Source: an uncultured Myxococcales bacterium (GTDB lineage: Bacteria; Myxococcota_A; Polyangia; Fen-1088). Taken from it: a DNA stretch of 64,000 nt. The notes beneath the pieces are model-generated. The model made no database searches and was not told the DNA's origin. It was given only the letters and a program-made list of their open reading frames with translations. Position 1 is the first letter of the stretch, and every line of letters begins with the position of its first letter. The position numbers and the translations under genes are program-made. This document shows, piece after piece, positions 7,650 to 17,261 of the stretch. The DNA lies in NCBI GenBank assembly GCA_964589215.1, contig CAZPUH010000492.1, forward strand, positions 10,221 to 74,220, read 5' to 3'.

Positions 7650-8114
7650 CTACGCGGCGCCGCGCATCGGTGACGGTTTCTTTCCGTCTTCGATCTGGTT
7701 CTCTCGCGCGTGCACGCCGCCCTTGCCCGTATGGCACTCCTCGCAGAGAACGTGGAGCGCGTCCACCTCGTTCACGTGCCCCAGTTCGACGCCCTTTTTC
7801 AGGTCGCCTCGCTTCCGGGCCTCTGGATCCTCTGCGATTTCCTTGGGATGGCCCGAGATGTGGTCGAGGGTGATGTCCTTCTTTGGGGTCGGGCAGTGGC
7901 TGTTGGTGCAGCGCCACTTGTCGCGGCGGAACACCTCGAGCGCGATCGCCGGGTCAACGCCCCCCTTTCCGTCCTGCGCCAGCGTGGCGCCGTGCTTCTT
8001 CGCCTCGCGTTGGATCTGCCGGACGATACGAGCGTTGCGGCGCGCCTTCAGCGCCTTGCGTCGGTCGCGCTCGCCCTTCTTCACGACTGAGGCGACAGCC
8101 TCGCGCGTCGCCAC
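7650..8114 (-). CDS. HNH endonuclease
   Basis: CTNSHCPTP...LTLDHISGHP...HVLCEECH metal-binding pattern. AGGAGG SD. Confidence 0.75.
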   Translation of the reverse strand: MATREAVASVVKKGERDRRKALKARRNARIVRQIQREAKKHGATLAQDGKGGVDPAIALEVFRRDKWRCTNSHCPTPKKDITLDHISGHPKEIAEDPEARKRGDLKKGVELGHVNEVDALHVLCEECHTGKGGVHARENQIEDGKKPSPMRGAA

Positions 8115-8117
8115 CGG

Positions 8118-8672
8118 CTATTCCTCCTTGGTCAGCGGCACGCTTCGCAGAGCAGGGGCGCCGCCGCGCCAGTGCGCGGCCTGGACCGGATCATGCGGGC
8201 TGACGCCCACCTGGGCGGCCGCCTCGGCGTCCGGCACCAGCGCATTGAAGAACTCCGGCGGCACGCGGTTGTCCTCCGGCATGATGTCGGCCAATCCGTC
8301 GAGCATGGTCTGGTAGGGATCGGCCAGGCTGCCATTCGCGTCCAGCCCCGGCCGCAGGAGCTGGGAGGAGCCGCGGCGGAGCGGCGCCAGCGCGTGTCCT
8401 GGCGGCAGGATGCCGGCCGGCACACCGGACGGAGCCGCGGGCAATCCGTGTGCGGGCCGGCCGCTGGCATCAACCAGCCGCGACGAGGGGGCCGGCGGTG
8501 CCGCGACCTGCACCATCCGGAACCCGTGAACGGAGTCCGGCACCCAGGCGTAGCCGTCAGGTGGCGCCGGGAGGCCCTGCTGCGGCTGTCGCGCTGGCTG
8601 CGTCGGCGCTGGGGACTGGCGCTGCGGCGGCCCCGACTTGAACATCCGCTGCAGGTCGGCTCGGCTCGGCAT
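8118..8672 (-). CDS. hypothetical Pro-rich protein
   Basis: 184 aa from ATG 8672 (MPSRADLQRMF...). The start is uncertain because it overlaps 8557..9129 by 116 nt. Confidence 0.45.
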   Translation of the reverse strand: MPSRADLQRMFKSGPPQRQSPAPTQPARQPQQGLPAPPDGYAWVPDSVHGFRMVQVAAPPAPSSRLVDASGRPAHGLPAAPSGVPAGILPPGHALAPLRRGSSQLLRPGLDANGSLADPYQTMLDGLADIMPEDNRVPPEFFNALVPDAEAAAQVGVSPHDPVQAAHWRGGAPALRSVPLTKEE

Positions 8673-9129
8673 GCACCGAGGATACACCCGGGCTTGGGTA
8701 GGCGGGAGCCAGGTGGATACCGAGTTCCGCTGCTAACCGCGTGAAATTAGGCTGCTCACTTTCATCGTCAATTATTGCGTCGACCAGTGGTTTGCCGGGC
8801 AGCGTCCAGGGCGTCATCAGGCTCCAGACCCCCTCCGCCTCAAGGAACGCGCGCATCTCCTCGAACAGCCGCCAGGCGAGCTCGGCGGCCTCCGGCGCGC
8901 GGCCGGTCTCCCAGAAATCCTCCGCCTCCCAGCCGCCCGGTCCTTCGGCGTTGGCCAGATGGCAGGCTGGCGCGCAGCGGCACGAGAACAGCCAAATCCG
9001 AACGCCGGCCGCTGCGCAGCCCAGCACGAACTCCTTGGCGCGCGGCCGCCAGCGCATGGGCGCGCCGCGCTCGACCATGGTGGCGTCGAAATCCAGCGCG
9101 ACGACGCGCGCGCCGTCAGCAGCCGGCAC
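8557..9129 (-). CDS. HAD-superfamily phosphatase-like protein
   Basis: VVALDFDATMV (DxDxT motif) and GKPLVDAIIDDES (C-terminal HAD motifs). The low-complexity tail may be over-extended. Confidence 0.55.
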   Translation of the reverse strand: MPAADGARVVALDFDATMVERGAPMRWRPRAKEFVLGCAAAGVRIWLFSCRCAPACHLANAEGPGGWEAEDFWETGRAPEAAELAWRLFEEMRAFLEAEGVWSLMTPWTLPGKPLVDAIIDDESEQPNFTRLAAELGIHLAPAYPSPGVSSVHAEPSRPAADVQVGAAAAPVPSADAASATAAAGPPGAT

Positions 9130-9222
9130 GACCCACCCTGGCGCAGGTGGCGTCGCAGGCGCTGCATCGCCACCAGGACGTCCTGGCCCGCCGCCACATC
9201 GGCGGCGTCAACCACTTCCGCT

Positions 9223-10944
9223 TCACGGCCGCCCGCCGACCGCGGCCGCCCGCTCCAACTCGCTTTCGTAGGTCCCCAGCTGGTCGGCTGCGGCCTGCTT
9301 CGCCTCGGCCTCCGCCTTCGCCACCTCACCCTCGACGTCCTGCACGCCGTAGAACGGCGCCACCCGGCGTGCCGCCGTCGCCCGGGTGATGAACAGCGCC
9401 GCCTGGGCCTTCGCCGCGTTCTGGATCACCTGGCCCTTGTCGGCCTCGGTCGGCGGGAACCATGGGCCCCACAGGATGCTGACGTAGCCCCCCTCGCCCA
9501 GCGTGTACGGCTCCAGAGATTCATCGCCGGTGTCGGGGTCCTTCTTGCGCCGGAGCGGCAGATCGAACTGGACCACACCGATCCGTGGGTTGCCGTCCTC
9601 GTCCGGCGGCAGCTGACGTGGCGGCTGGCTCAGGAACTTTTGCGCCATGAAGACCACGATCTCCATCAGCGCCTCGATCGCCTCGCCGTACTGCTCGCGC
9701 AGGTCACCGGCCTTGGCCAGCATCGGCGCAAACCGGAGCTCGAGCGCCTCCGCGCTCTGCGCGGCCGCCATTGTTTCGTCGTTCGGAATCACCACCCCCG
9801 TAATCGTGTCCGTGTTCGCCTGCAGCTTGGTCGACAGCTCCAGCCCGGTGGTGACGCCGGCGCCTGACATCTCCATGTACTTGGCGCTCCCCTGCAGGCC
9901 GGTCTCGATGCCGTAGCGGGAACCTTTCTGCAAACCCTGTTGCTGCGCGACCTGGTTCACCGCGTGCGGATCGGTCGACGTCACGACGGTGGGGTCCATG
10001 TTTCCGAGCGTCGAATAAGCCGCCTGCGACAGGATGCGGTCGTCGGTGTCGATCGACTGGTAGGCGCCGTCGCAATCCGACTGCCCGTCCTCGGTCCCCT
10101 CCTCTTCGACAGCAGTGTTCAGGATCCATACGCCAGGGAAGCGGCCGAGATTGTGTTGAACCGCCAGCCCTTCTTCCGGAACCCACGACGCTGCTGGGTT
10201 CGCGATCGCGTCGTCGAACGCGACCTCCTTGTAAATGATGTCGCTCTTCTCGGTGATGATCCGCCGACACAGGTAATCGACCATCTCCGTCCCGATGATC
10301 TCGCCCTTGTCGTTGACCTTGTTCCGCTCGCGCACCGTCCGATACATGATCAGCAGGCCCGCCAACGAGCGATCCCGCGGGTCCTTCCAGACGGGCGTGC
10401 AGAACTTCGAGTTGTGCACCTCAAACGACCAGCGCCCCTCCCGCAGGTGAACGGTCATCGCCACCGATCCGATGCCGCCACCCAGGTTCCGTGCCGCACG
10501 CATCTTCGACCAGAACTTCGCCTTCTTGCGCACCGCCTCGAGGAAGGACGTCGTGTCCTCGTCGCCGTCGACCACGATCTGCGGCTTGCTCCGTTCGTTG
10601 AAGAGCAGGTTGGTGAACCGCTCGGTGGTCACCTTCGCCCGCCGCGTCGGCGCCGTCGGCCGCTTGTCCCTGACGTCGAGTTCTGGCCCGCCGCCGGTGG
10701 GAACCGTGCCACTCGGGTAGACGGCTTCGGCGGAGATCGTCTCCTTCGCCCGGGCCGGCATGTCGAACCAGTCGGTCTCTTGGTGGTCGTACTCCCGGCA
10801 GGTCAGAAACGCGTGCTTCCGATCGAGCGCTTTGAATCGCTCGGTCTCGTGGAAGACCGCCGTCCTCTGCAGGTGCTGGATGACCTGGTCGTCGGTGGGC
10901 TTGAAGGGTGCCGGCGCCGGCCGGCCATCAACGGTGGTGCTCAC
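9223..10944 (-). CDS. portal protein (putative)
   Basis: 573 aa, upstream of the Mu-F-like, scaffold and capsid genes. GTG start lies 7 nt after a TAGGCT hexamer. The N-terminus carries RPAPAPFK. Confidence 0.6.
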   Translation of the reverse strand: MSTTVDGRPAPAPFKPTDDQVIQHLQRTAVFHETERFKALDRKHAFLTCREYDHQETDWFDMPARAKETISAEAVYPSGTVPTGGGPELDVRDKRPTAPTRRAKVTTERFTNLLFNERSKPQIVVDGDEDTTSFLEAVRKKAKFWSKMRAARNLGGGIGSVAMTVHLREGRWSFEVHNSKFCTPVWKDPRDRSLAGLLIMYRTVRERNKVNDKGEIIGTEMVDYLCRRIITEKSDIIYKEVAFDDAIANPAASWVPEEGLAVQHNLGRFPGVWILNTAVEEEGTEDGQSDCDGAYQSIDTDDRILSQAAYSTLGNMDPTVVTSTDPHAVNQVAQQQGLQKGSRYGIETGLQGSAKYMEMSGAGVTTGLELSTKLQANTDTITGVVIPNDETMAAAQSAEALELRFAPMLAKAGDLREQYGEAIEALMEIVVFMAQKFLSQPPRQLPPDEDGNPRIGVVQFDLPLRRKKDPDTGDESLEPYTLGEGGYVSILWGPWFPPTEADKGQVIQNAAKAQAALFITRATAARRVAPFYGVQDVEGEVAKAEAEAKQAAADQLGTYESELERAAAVGGRP

Positions 10945-11109
10945 GCGCTCCAGCCTACGCCGGGCGGCCCATGTACCTCAACACGACCCGTCCGAGCCAG
11001 CGCAGCGCGCGCCGCCAAGCCCGCGGCCGAACCGGTGGCGCCGCCTGCCCGGCGACCCATCGCTCCAGCGGCGTGGGCAGGGTCGGCGCCGTCGATGGGT
11101 AGATCGGGA

Positions 11110-11568
11110 CTACTTGCGCTCGCGGGACCGGATTAGATCCTGCTTCGAGATCTTGCCCGCGCGCAGCTTTGCCTGCAGCTTGTAGTCCCGCAAGTACCGG
11201 TCCAACGACTCGGGCCCCTCCGGAAAGCCCGTGGCCAGATCGCGCGGCGTGAACGCCAGCAGGGGTGTCGGATTCGGCCATCGCCACTCGCCCTCCGTCT
11301 TGAGCTCGACGCCCGGCAGCTGCAACGCCTGCAGCCGCGCCAGCGGCCACCACTGGAACCCGTGGTACTCCAGGCACTGCCGATAGGGCTCGTCAGTGCG
11401 GCCCTGGGCGTTGTCGTCCTGCCACTCCCTCGCCTGCTTCGGGTCGAAGATGGGCTTGGTGACCGTGTTCGTCGCGTCCTCGCCACGCCGGATGCGGTCG
11501 AGCGTCTCCGCGAACTCCTTGTCGCCACTTCGCGCGGCGTCGACCGCCGCCTGCTCGAGAAAGCCCAT
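11110..11568 (-). CDS. hypothetical protein
   Basis: 152 aa from ATG 11568 (MGFLEQAAVDAARSGDKEF...). Confidence 0.55.
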   Translation of the reverse strand: MGFLEQAAVDAARSGDKEFAETLDRIRRGEDATNTVTKPIFDPKQAREWQDDNAQGRTDEPYRQCLEYHGFQWWPLARLQALQLPGVELKTEGEWRWPNPTPLLAFTPRDLATGFPEGPESLDRYLRDYKLQAKLRAGKISKQDLIRSRERK

Positions 11569-11573
11569 CGCAG

Positions 11574-11864
11574 CTACTGGCCCCGCGTCACGAGCTTGTT
11601 GATCGCGTCGCGGATGTCCGTCCGCCCCATGTCGTGGGCGGTCATGGCGGCGTTGTCGATGGCCGCGTCGCGACCCTCGATGAAGGCCCGGCAGCGTCCG
11701 AACGCGCCCGCCCACCAATTCTTCAGCCAGACGGCTGCGCGCGCGGCAAGTGGCGGATGGTAGACCGGACCGTCCTTCTGTGGCCGCGCCAGCCCCCGCA
11801 GGCGCCGCGCGAACCGGTCCGGCGCTTCGTTGTCGAGCTGCTCACGGATGTCGTCGCCACGCAT
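11574..11864 (-). CDS. hypothetical protein
   Basis: 96-aa track ORF with GGAG upstream. Confidence 0.55.
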   Translation of the reverse strand: MRGDDIREQLDNEAPDRFARRLRGLARPQKDGPVYHPPLAARAAVWLKNWWAGAFGRCRAFIEGRDAAIDNAAMTAHDMGRTDIRDAINKLVTRGQ

Positions 11865-11867
11865 GGC

Positions 11868-12149
11868 TCAGGGGCTCCGGCGCGCGTTCCGAGCCGCGAT
11901 CTGCTCCTCTTCCGACGTCAGCCCCGGATTCGTCGCGAAGAGCGGCTCCAGGCCGTCGGTCTTGCAGCGCTCCAGCACCGTCTCGGCGGCCTGCGCCGCC
12001 TGCGTGCTCGACGCCCTGACCTCCAGCCTGACGTAGTCCTCCGGCTTGGCCTGCCAGGTCTCCACGCCCGCCTTCCGGCAAACGACGTGGAAGTCCTGCA
12101 TGTGCTCCACCCGAAACTCGGCGTTCTTGTCCTTGGGCTGCTCCGACAT
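11868..12149 (-). CDS. hypothetical protein
   Basis: 93 aa from ATG 12149 (MSEQPKDKNAEF...). A TAGCCT hexamer lies 7 nt upstream. Confidence 0.55.
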   Translation of the reverse strand: MSEQPKDKNAEFRVEHMQDFHVVCRKAGVETWQAKPEDYVRLEVRASSTQAAQAAETVLERCKTDGLEPLFATNPGLTSEEEQIAARNARRSP

Positions 12150-12192
12150 GCCGACAAGGCTACGCCGGCCGACCCAGGCGGGGAAGCGCGAT

Positions 12193-12717
12193 TTACGTCG
12201 GCTGCTGACAGACCTGCGAAGCCGGACAGTGCCCCGGCCGGCAACCGCCCAGACATTCGCGGCAGGAACAGTGAACGCCGTCGCCCGGCGGGCAGCGCTC
12301 GTCGTGACACGCCTGACCAGCATGCCAGTGCAGGTTGTCGCCGGTATCGATCTCGTCGTCCGGCAGCGTCCACAGACTCAACTTCCCCCGCACCGGCTTC
12401 GAGCTCGCCGGCCTGACGTCCGCCAGCTGCCATCCGAACGGACCGACAAAGTGGATGTTGTTCGCATCGGTCACGACCCCCACGACGCGAACGGTGCAGA
12501 CGATGACGCCGCGCGGGAAGTCCTTTCGGTCGAACTTCTGACCGGTCAGCTTCTCGACGCGCGCGGCTCCTTCAGCGTCCCAGCCCTGTCCAGCGTGAAT
12601 CGCGAAGCGCGTGCCGTCCGCAATGGCCCGCGGCGGAGGATAGCTCCGGTTCTCGAACGCCTTCACGCCGCGCGCGATGAGCGTCGCCCAGGGCTGTTTG
12701 ACTGTCAGAACTCTCAC
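12193..12717 (-). CDS. ASCH domain protein with Cys-rich C-terminus
   Basis: VRVLTVKQPWATLIARGVKAFENR. GTGA overlap with the upstream stop. Confidence 0.6.
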   Translation of the reverse strand: MRVLTVKQPWATLIARGVKAFENRSYPPPRAIADGTRFAIHAGQGWDAEGAARVEKLTGQKFDRKDFPRGVIVCTVRVVGVVTDANNIHFVGPFGWQLADVRPASSKPVRGKLSLWTLPDDEIDTGDNLHWHAGQACHDERCPPGDGVHCSCRECLGGCRPGHCPASQVCQQPT

Positions 12718-13040
12718 TGGCGCACCGCCCAGCGCACGAATGATGAGAACGACGCGCGCCGCTCGGCTTCCGGAGTCTTCTCGGGGAACCAAGCGGCCAC
12801 TTCGATCTCGCGTCCGAACGGGGCGCAGATCGCGACCGCTCGCACCTCGCCAGTCGGTCGGTAGAACGGCCCGACCGCGTGCGGCCCCCGCCTGACCTCG
12901 GCCTCAGCCTCGTCAAGCGCCTGCTCGCGCGTCGCGTTTCCGGGCACGTGCAGGATGCGCGTGCCGCCCACCCATGCCTCGCCGATCCAACTGGCCGCCG
13001 ACCGGTACGCGCGCAGATCGAATCCGCCAGACCACTTCAT
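12714..13040 (-). CDS. hypothetical protein
   Basis: 108 aa, MKWSGGFDLRAYRS... ATGA overlap. Confidence 0.55.
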   Translation of the reverse strand: MKWSGGFDLRAYRSAASWIGEAWVGGTRILHVPGNATREQALDEAEAEVRRGPHAVGPFYRPTGEVRAVAICAPFGREIEVAAWFPEKTPEAERRASFSSFVRWAVRQ

Positions 13041-13228
13041 CGTGCACCTCCGGACGTTCTGACGTTGGCGAGAATGCTGACCGGCCGCGACAGCAGCCGC
13101 GCGAAGTCGCGTTCCGGCCGCGCCTCCGGCCGGATGATCGCGAGCTCGAACGGCCTGGCCAGCAGCGCAGCAAAGACGCTGCTGGCTTCGGCCGCGCCGG
13201 CCGGCCGAGTCTGCACCGCGGCGTTCAC
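13037..13228 (-). CDS. hypothetical protein
   Basis: 63 aa. GTGA overlap. Confidence 0.45.
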   Translation of the reverse strand: MNAAVQTRPAGAAEASSVFAALLARPFELAIIRPEARPERDFARLLSRPVSILANVRTSGGAR

Positions 13229-13746
13229 GCTGCACCCCCGACCGATTCACGGGTGTCGCACGGCGCGCTGGCGGCGTTGCCGCGCGCATGACCGGCGCAG
13301 AGACAGCCCATCGACGCGGCGCACGGCGGGATCGCGCGCTCCGGCACGCGCGCGACGTACTTCGATCGCGACCGGAACGACACGATCGCGGTCAGCGACG
13401 GCCGCGCGGACGGGGCTGCAACGGGCGCAGCCTGCGCCGGTTTGACGATCGCCGGCGGCGGAGACAGCCGGCGCGCCGGACCGGCCTTGAGTCCGAACAT
13501 GATGGCCAGGTCGTCGTACGTCACGATCTCCGAGCCGGTTCGGTGCACGACGCGGAAACTGGCCCCCTTGAACAGCTTCTGGTCCGACCACTTCCGGACG
13601 ATGCGCGTGGCCTTCGCGGTATCGTTCGCGTCGGCGTTCACCGACATCTCGAACGTTCCGAGCTTGCAGACAACGCGCGTGACGGTCTCTGGGATGTTCA
13701 GCACGGGACGGCGTTCCTTGGCCGGTCTCCAATTCAGTCGCGACAT
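13225..13746 (-). CDS. hypothetical protein
   Basis: ATG 13746 has AGAGG 7 nt upstream (track start is GTG 13752). Confidence 0.55.
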   Translation of the reverse strand: MSRLNWRPAKERRPVLNIPETVTRVVCKLGTFEMSVNADANDTAKATRIVRKWSDQKLFKGASFRVVHRTGSEIVTYDDLAIMFGLKAGPARRLSPPPAIVKPAQAAPVAAPSARPSLTAIVSFRSRSKYVARVPERAIPPCAASMGCLCAGHARGNAASAPCDTRESVGGAA

Positions 13747-13862
13747 GGACACACCTCTGACGTTGAAGTTGCCGCGCGCGTCGTGCGCGCGGCTGGAGTC
13801 GAGCTACATGGCTTCGTGGGCTCCGTGCGGGCCCCGACCGGAGTCAGGGCCCGAGGCGGAAA

Positions 13863-14906
13863 CTACGAAGCGAGGAACGTCTGGGCGGCCGCCGCCAGCG
13901 TCCGGTCGCTGACGTCGCCGAACCACGCGTTGCTGAGGCGCGTGTCGTTGTCGTTGCCGCGCTGCCAGGTCAGATACTCCGTCGCCGCGTTGTAGGCGGC
14001 CCAGGCCGTGCCGCGAACGCCGGGGGCATCGTTGCCGCGACCGGACTCGAACAGCTGGGAGACCGTCTCGAACACGCGCGATTCGCGCTCCTTGGTCGTC
14101 GTGAGCGTCGAGCCGGCCGAGACGAAGTCACGCGACATGAGCGCGTCGAAGCTGTCGCCCTCGACGGCCGACTGAGCGGCCGCGATCGCCGCGTCGCGCT
14201 TCGCCTTGACGCGCCGGAACACGCGGTCGACGAAGGTCCGGAGCGAAGCCTCGGTGACGTTGACACTGGCCAGTGCGCGGAACACCTCGGCCGCTTTCTC
14301 GAAGTCGTGGTCAACGCGATCGATCGTCTCTTGCACGAGCTTCAGTGCGTCGCCGCTCTTCGCGGTGTGCCGGATCTTGATCGTCGCGGTGCGACGGTCG
14401 GCGATCGACGCGCTCAGCGTGTTCTGGCAGACGACGCGAATCGGAGTCAGACCGACGTGCAGGGCAAGCGAGCCGTCGTGACCGTTCGCGACCAGCAGGT
14501 ACTTGGCGACGCGGTCACCAGCCTTCGGAACGATGACGGAGTCCTCGCGAGCGATCTTCGCGAGCATCCAGACGCGCGCGCCCTTGCGAAGAGAACCGGC
14601 CGTCTCGATGCTCACGGCGCGTTGCTCGACGAACGGCGCGAAGAACTGAAACGCGTCGGCGTTCTGGACCGGACGGTAACCGCAACCGACCGTGCCGAGC
14701 ACGCGGTTATCCGAGCTCCGGATCGTCGCGTAGCGGTCGACCGCGGTGCCGTCCGCCAGCTGCAGCTGTTCGAGCCGGACCGACCAGTCGAGACCGGCGA
14801 GCTTGAGCGCCTCGGCGATCGACTCCGGCGCGGTCTGCAAAGCAGTGCCGAGACCGTGCCAGGGGGTCTCGCCGACAAACATCATGTTCTCGATCTCGTG
14901 TGCCAT
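13863..14906 (-). CDS. DUF932 / phage-plasmid TIGR03299-like protein
   Basis: The N-terminus MAHEIENMMFVGETPWHGLG is characteristic of the family. 347 aa. GAGGAG SD. Confidence 0.75.
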   Translation of the reverse strand: MAHEIENMMFVGETPWHGLGTALQTAPESIAEALKLAGLDWSVRLEQLQLADGTAVDRYATIRSSDNRVLGTVGCGYRPVQNADAFQFFAPFVEQRAVSIETAGSLRKGARVWMLAKIAREDSVIVPKAGDRVAKYLLVANGHDGSLALHVGLTPIRVVCQNTLSASIADRRTATIKIRHTAKSGDALKLVQETIDRVDHDFEKAAEVFRALASVNVTEASLRTFVDRVFRRVKAKRDAAIAAAQSAVEGDSFDALMSRDFVSAGSTLTTTKERESRVFETVSQLFESGRGNDAPGVRGTAWAAYNAATEYLTWQRGNDNDTRLSNAWFGDVSDRTLAAAAQTFLAS

Positions 14907-14972
14907 TTGACGTCTCCTCGGTTCGGTGGCGGTGGGGTTCCGGCTCTTCGTTTCGTGCCGGCTACACGAGAC

Positions 14973-15000
14973 AGTCTAGCTTCTCCGTAATTGTTGTAAA
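14973..15000 (-). promoter_or_regulatory. class III sigma70-like promoter TTTACA-N16-TAGACT
   Basis: AT-rich island. Shares ATTTACAACAaTTACGGA with the copies at 24027 and 49710. An approximately 65-nt leader runs to the SD of the DUF932 gene. Confidence 0.6.
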
Positions 15001-15040
15001 TGTCTTTTCCCCGTCAGCCAGGGAATGGTGACGCCGGGCG

Positions 15041-15415
15041 CTACCAGCTGGCTAAGTCCGCAATACGCGCGGGGATAGCCACCGTCAATCCGGCTGGCTG
15101 CGGCCGGCATTCGCGCATCTGCAGCATTTCAATGAGCTCGGCCAGCGGCACGTTCCGGACGCCGAGCGGCCGGTTACCGTGGTAGAGAACCGCTTCCGGT
15201 CGCCGCAGCGCCGCGATCCCGTTTTCGATTGCTTTCGGTGACGTGACCGTCCACCAGCCGACGATGACCAACAGGTCGCAGCCGTCGACCAGCCGCAGGA
15301 AAAATTCCTTTTCGCGGTCGCCGAGACCGACGGCATCGAAGTCGACGCACCAGCGCAGGCACGGTGCCTGATCCATCAGCGACAGCATCAGCCCCGTCCC
15401 GCAAGCGACCAGCAC
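15041..15415 (-). CDS. hypothetical protein
   Basis: GTG 15415 is the first in-frame start after the upstream stop. Alternative ATGs at 15388 and 15376. Confidence 0.5.
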   Translation of the reverse strand: MLVACGTGLMLSLMDQAPCLRWCVDFDAVGLGDREKEFFLRLVDGCDLLVIVGWWTVTSPKAIENGIAALRRPEAVLYHGNRPLGVRNVPLAELIEMLQMRECRPQPAGLTVAIPARIADLASW

Positions 15416-15495
15416 GCCGGAGCTTCCGCGGCGCCCGTAGTCGACGATCGGGACGTCCGCGATCCGCGCTGCGGTGCCCGGATCGATCCAACGAC

Positions 15496-16647
15496 CTACG
15501 TGGCCGGCATCTCGGCGCAGGTCTCGAGTAGCTCCTGCGCCGCCAGCGCGGGCATCGCCGGACCCACGTACTCGAAGCTGGCCGTCATCCGGAGCGCGGC
15601 CCGCGTGCCCTTCATGCGCTGCCGCAGATCCGCCGTTCCGCCACCCGTCGGGTTCAGGGACGGCGCGCGCCGCAGGACGTAGTTCTTGTTCTTGAGATTC
15701 GCCGCGATCTCCGCCGGGTGGGCCGTGTTGCAAAACGCCCTGTATCCTAACCCGACCCACATCGCCGACGTGAACTCCCGCAGCGCGGCGCCGATGCCGA
15801 CGCCCTGAAAGTCGGGCAGGCACACCGTGCGGTGCCCGCGCCGGATCTTCCGCTCGTCACGCGTGCGTCCGACGAACGGCAGCCACGAGTGCCAGGCGAC
15901 CGGCTGACCGCGCCAGAAGGCGACGAAGCACACCGCCGCGGCGCTGTGGGCGCCGGTCAGATAGTGATGCGGCTTGAAGAGCCCCCACGCGGAATGATGG
16001 ACGCGGTTGATCGTGAGCTCGATGGGCGGTCGCCGTCGAACCGACCTCCATGTGAAGCGCCGCTCAGCCGGACGGTAAACCCAATCCGGTTGAAGCCAGC
16101 GTTCCACGTCGTCGTGACAGGTCACGGCGACCAGCTTCTGGTTGCGGCGGCGCACGGTCTTCGCCAGAGCGGCGCTCCCGATCTGCGCCACCGTGCGGTC
16201 GACCACCGAGGTGAACTCGTCGATCACGGCCAGCTCCGGAAGCTCCGCCAGAAGGCGCGCCAGCGACACACGGAACTGCTCACCGTTCGACAGAACGTGA
16301 AAGGGACGCACCCACGCCGGCGGCGAGCTGAAACCCACCGAAGACATCAGCGCGGTCACGTCCTTGATCGACATCGCGGCGGGGAAGGCGTCGAGGACGC
16401 TGCGGTCCTTCGGCCAGCGCATCTCGCGTCCCACCAGCTTTGGCCAAAAGTGGCGCGCCACGCTCGACTTGCCGCAGCCGCTCGGCCCCGTGATCAGCCC
16501 GATGTTCCAGGACTTCTTTTCGATCGGCAGGTCGGCCTCTAGCACCACCTCCGAGCGCTCCGCCGCGGGCACGTCGAAGATCCCTGACATCTGCTGGACC
16601 CGCGGCGACACGATGATCGGCGCGCTCAGCTTGATCGTCGCCTTCAT
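15496..16647 (-). CDS. ABC-type ATPase fused to a GNAT-like domain
   Basis: Walker A GPSGCGKSS, signature LSNGEQFR, Walker B LAVIDEFTS. The C-terminal half has HHYL... and LPDFQGVGIG (acyl-CoA-binding-type motif). Confidence 0.65.
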   Translation of the reverse strand: MKATIKLSAPIIVSPRVQQMSGIFDVPAAERSEVVLEADLPIEKKSWNIGLITGPSGCGKSSVARHFWPKLVGREMRWPKDRSVLDAFPAAMSIKDVTALMSSVGFSSPPAWVRPFHVLSNGEQFRVSLARLLAELPELAVIDEFTSVVDRTVAQIGSAALAKTVRRRNQKLVAVTCHDDVERWLQPDWVYRPAERRFTWRSVRRRPPIELTINRVHHSAWGLFKPHHYLTGAHSAAAVCFVAFWRGQPVAWHSWLPFVGRTRDERKIRRGHRTVCLPDFQGVGIGAALREFTSAMWVGLGYRAFCNTAHPAEIAANLKNKNYVLRRAPSLNPTGGGTADLRQRMKGTRAALRMTASFEYVGPAMPALAAQELLETCAEMPAT

Positions 16648-17261
16648 CAGGTCACGATCGCCCGGGTCTTCAGCCCCATCGCCTGGAACCGCTTGAGCAG
16701 CTGCACCTGCTGCTTTTCTCCCTTGCACTCGACCACGATCGAGTAGGTCGACTTGATCTCCGGGATCGCCGGCTCTCCCACCTTTGCCAGGAAGCTGACC
16801 AGCTCCTTCTCGCGCACGCCTGTGCCCACCAGATCGCCGTCCAGCTCGGCTAAAATCTTCCCCATCGCGGCGTTGTCGTACCCGCCGATCTCGCCGATCC
16901 GCTGGGTCAGGACGTACTTCTTCAGCTGGCGCAGGTTCTTGAACGACATCCCGCGCATCGTCCAGACGAACCACTCGCCATCCTTGTCCAGCACGCGCGC
17001 TGGCGGTGGCTCGCCTGCCTCCTTCATCGCCGCCAGCTCCTCGACCCGCCCGTGCCCGGCGAACAGGAAGCCGCTTTTTTCGTCGATGCCAGGCGTCTCC
17101 ACGGCGCCGTGTTCGCGGTAGCTGTCGCCGATCAGATCCAGCGCGTGCTTCTTCGGATTCCACGGCGCGCGCCGCTTGAGGAGCTCGGTCAGCGCCACGC
17201 GCTCGAGGCGAGGTTCGCCAACCGGTTCGATCTTCGCCGCCTTCTTCTTCGCGGCCGCCAT
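16647..17261 (-). CDS. ParB-like nuclease domain protein
   Basis: LTELLKRRAPWNPKKH...FAGHGRVEE resembles ParB/Srx N-terminal motifs. Confidence 0.5.
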   Translation of the reverse strand: MAAAKKKAAKIEPVGEPRLERVALTELLKRRAPWNPKKHALDLIGDSYREHGAVETPGIDEKSGFLFAGHGRVEELAAMKEAGEPPPARVLDKDGEWFVWTMRGMSFKNLRQLKKYVLTQRIGEIGGYDNAAMGKILAELDGDLVGTGVREKELVSFLAKVGEPAIPEIKSTYSIVVECKGEKQQVQLLKRFQAMGLKTRAIVT

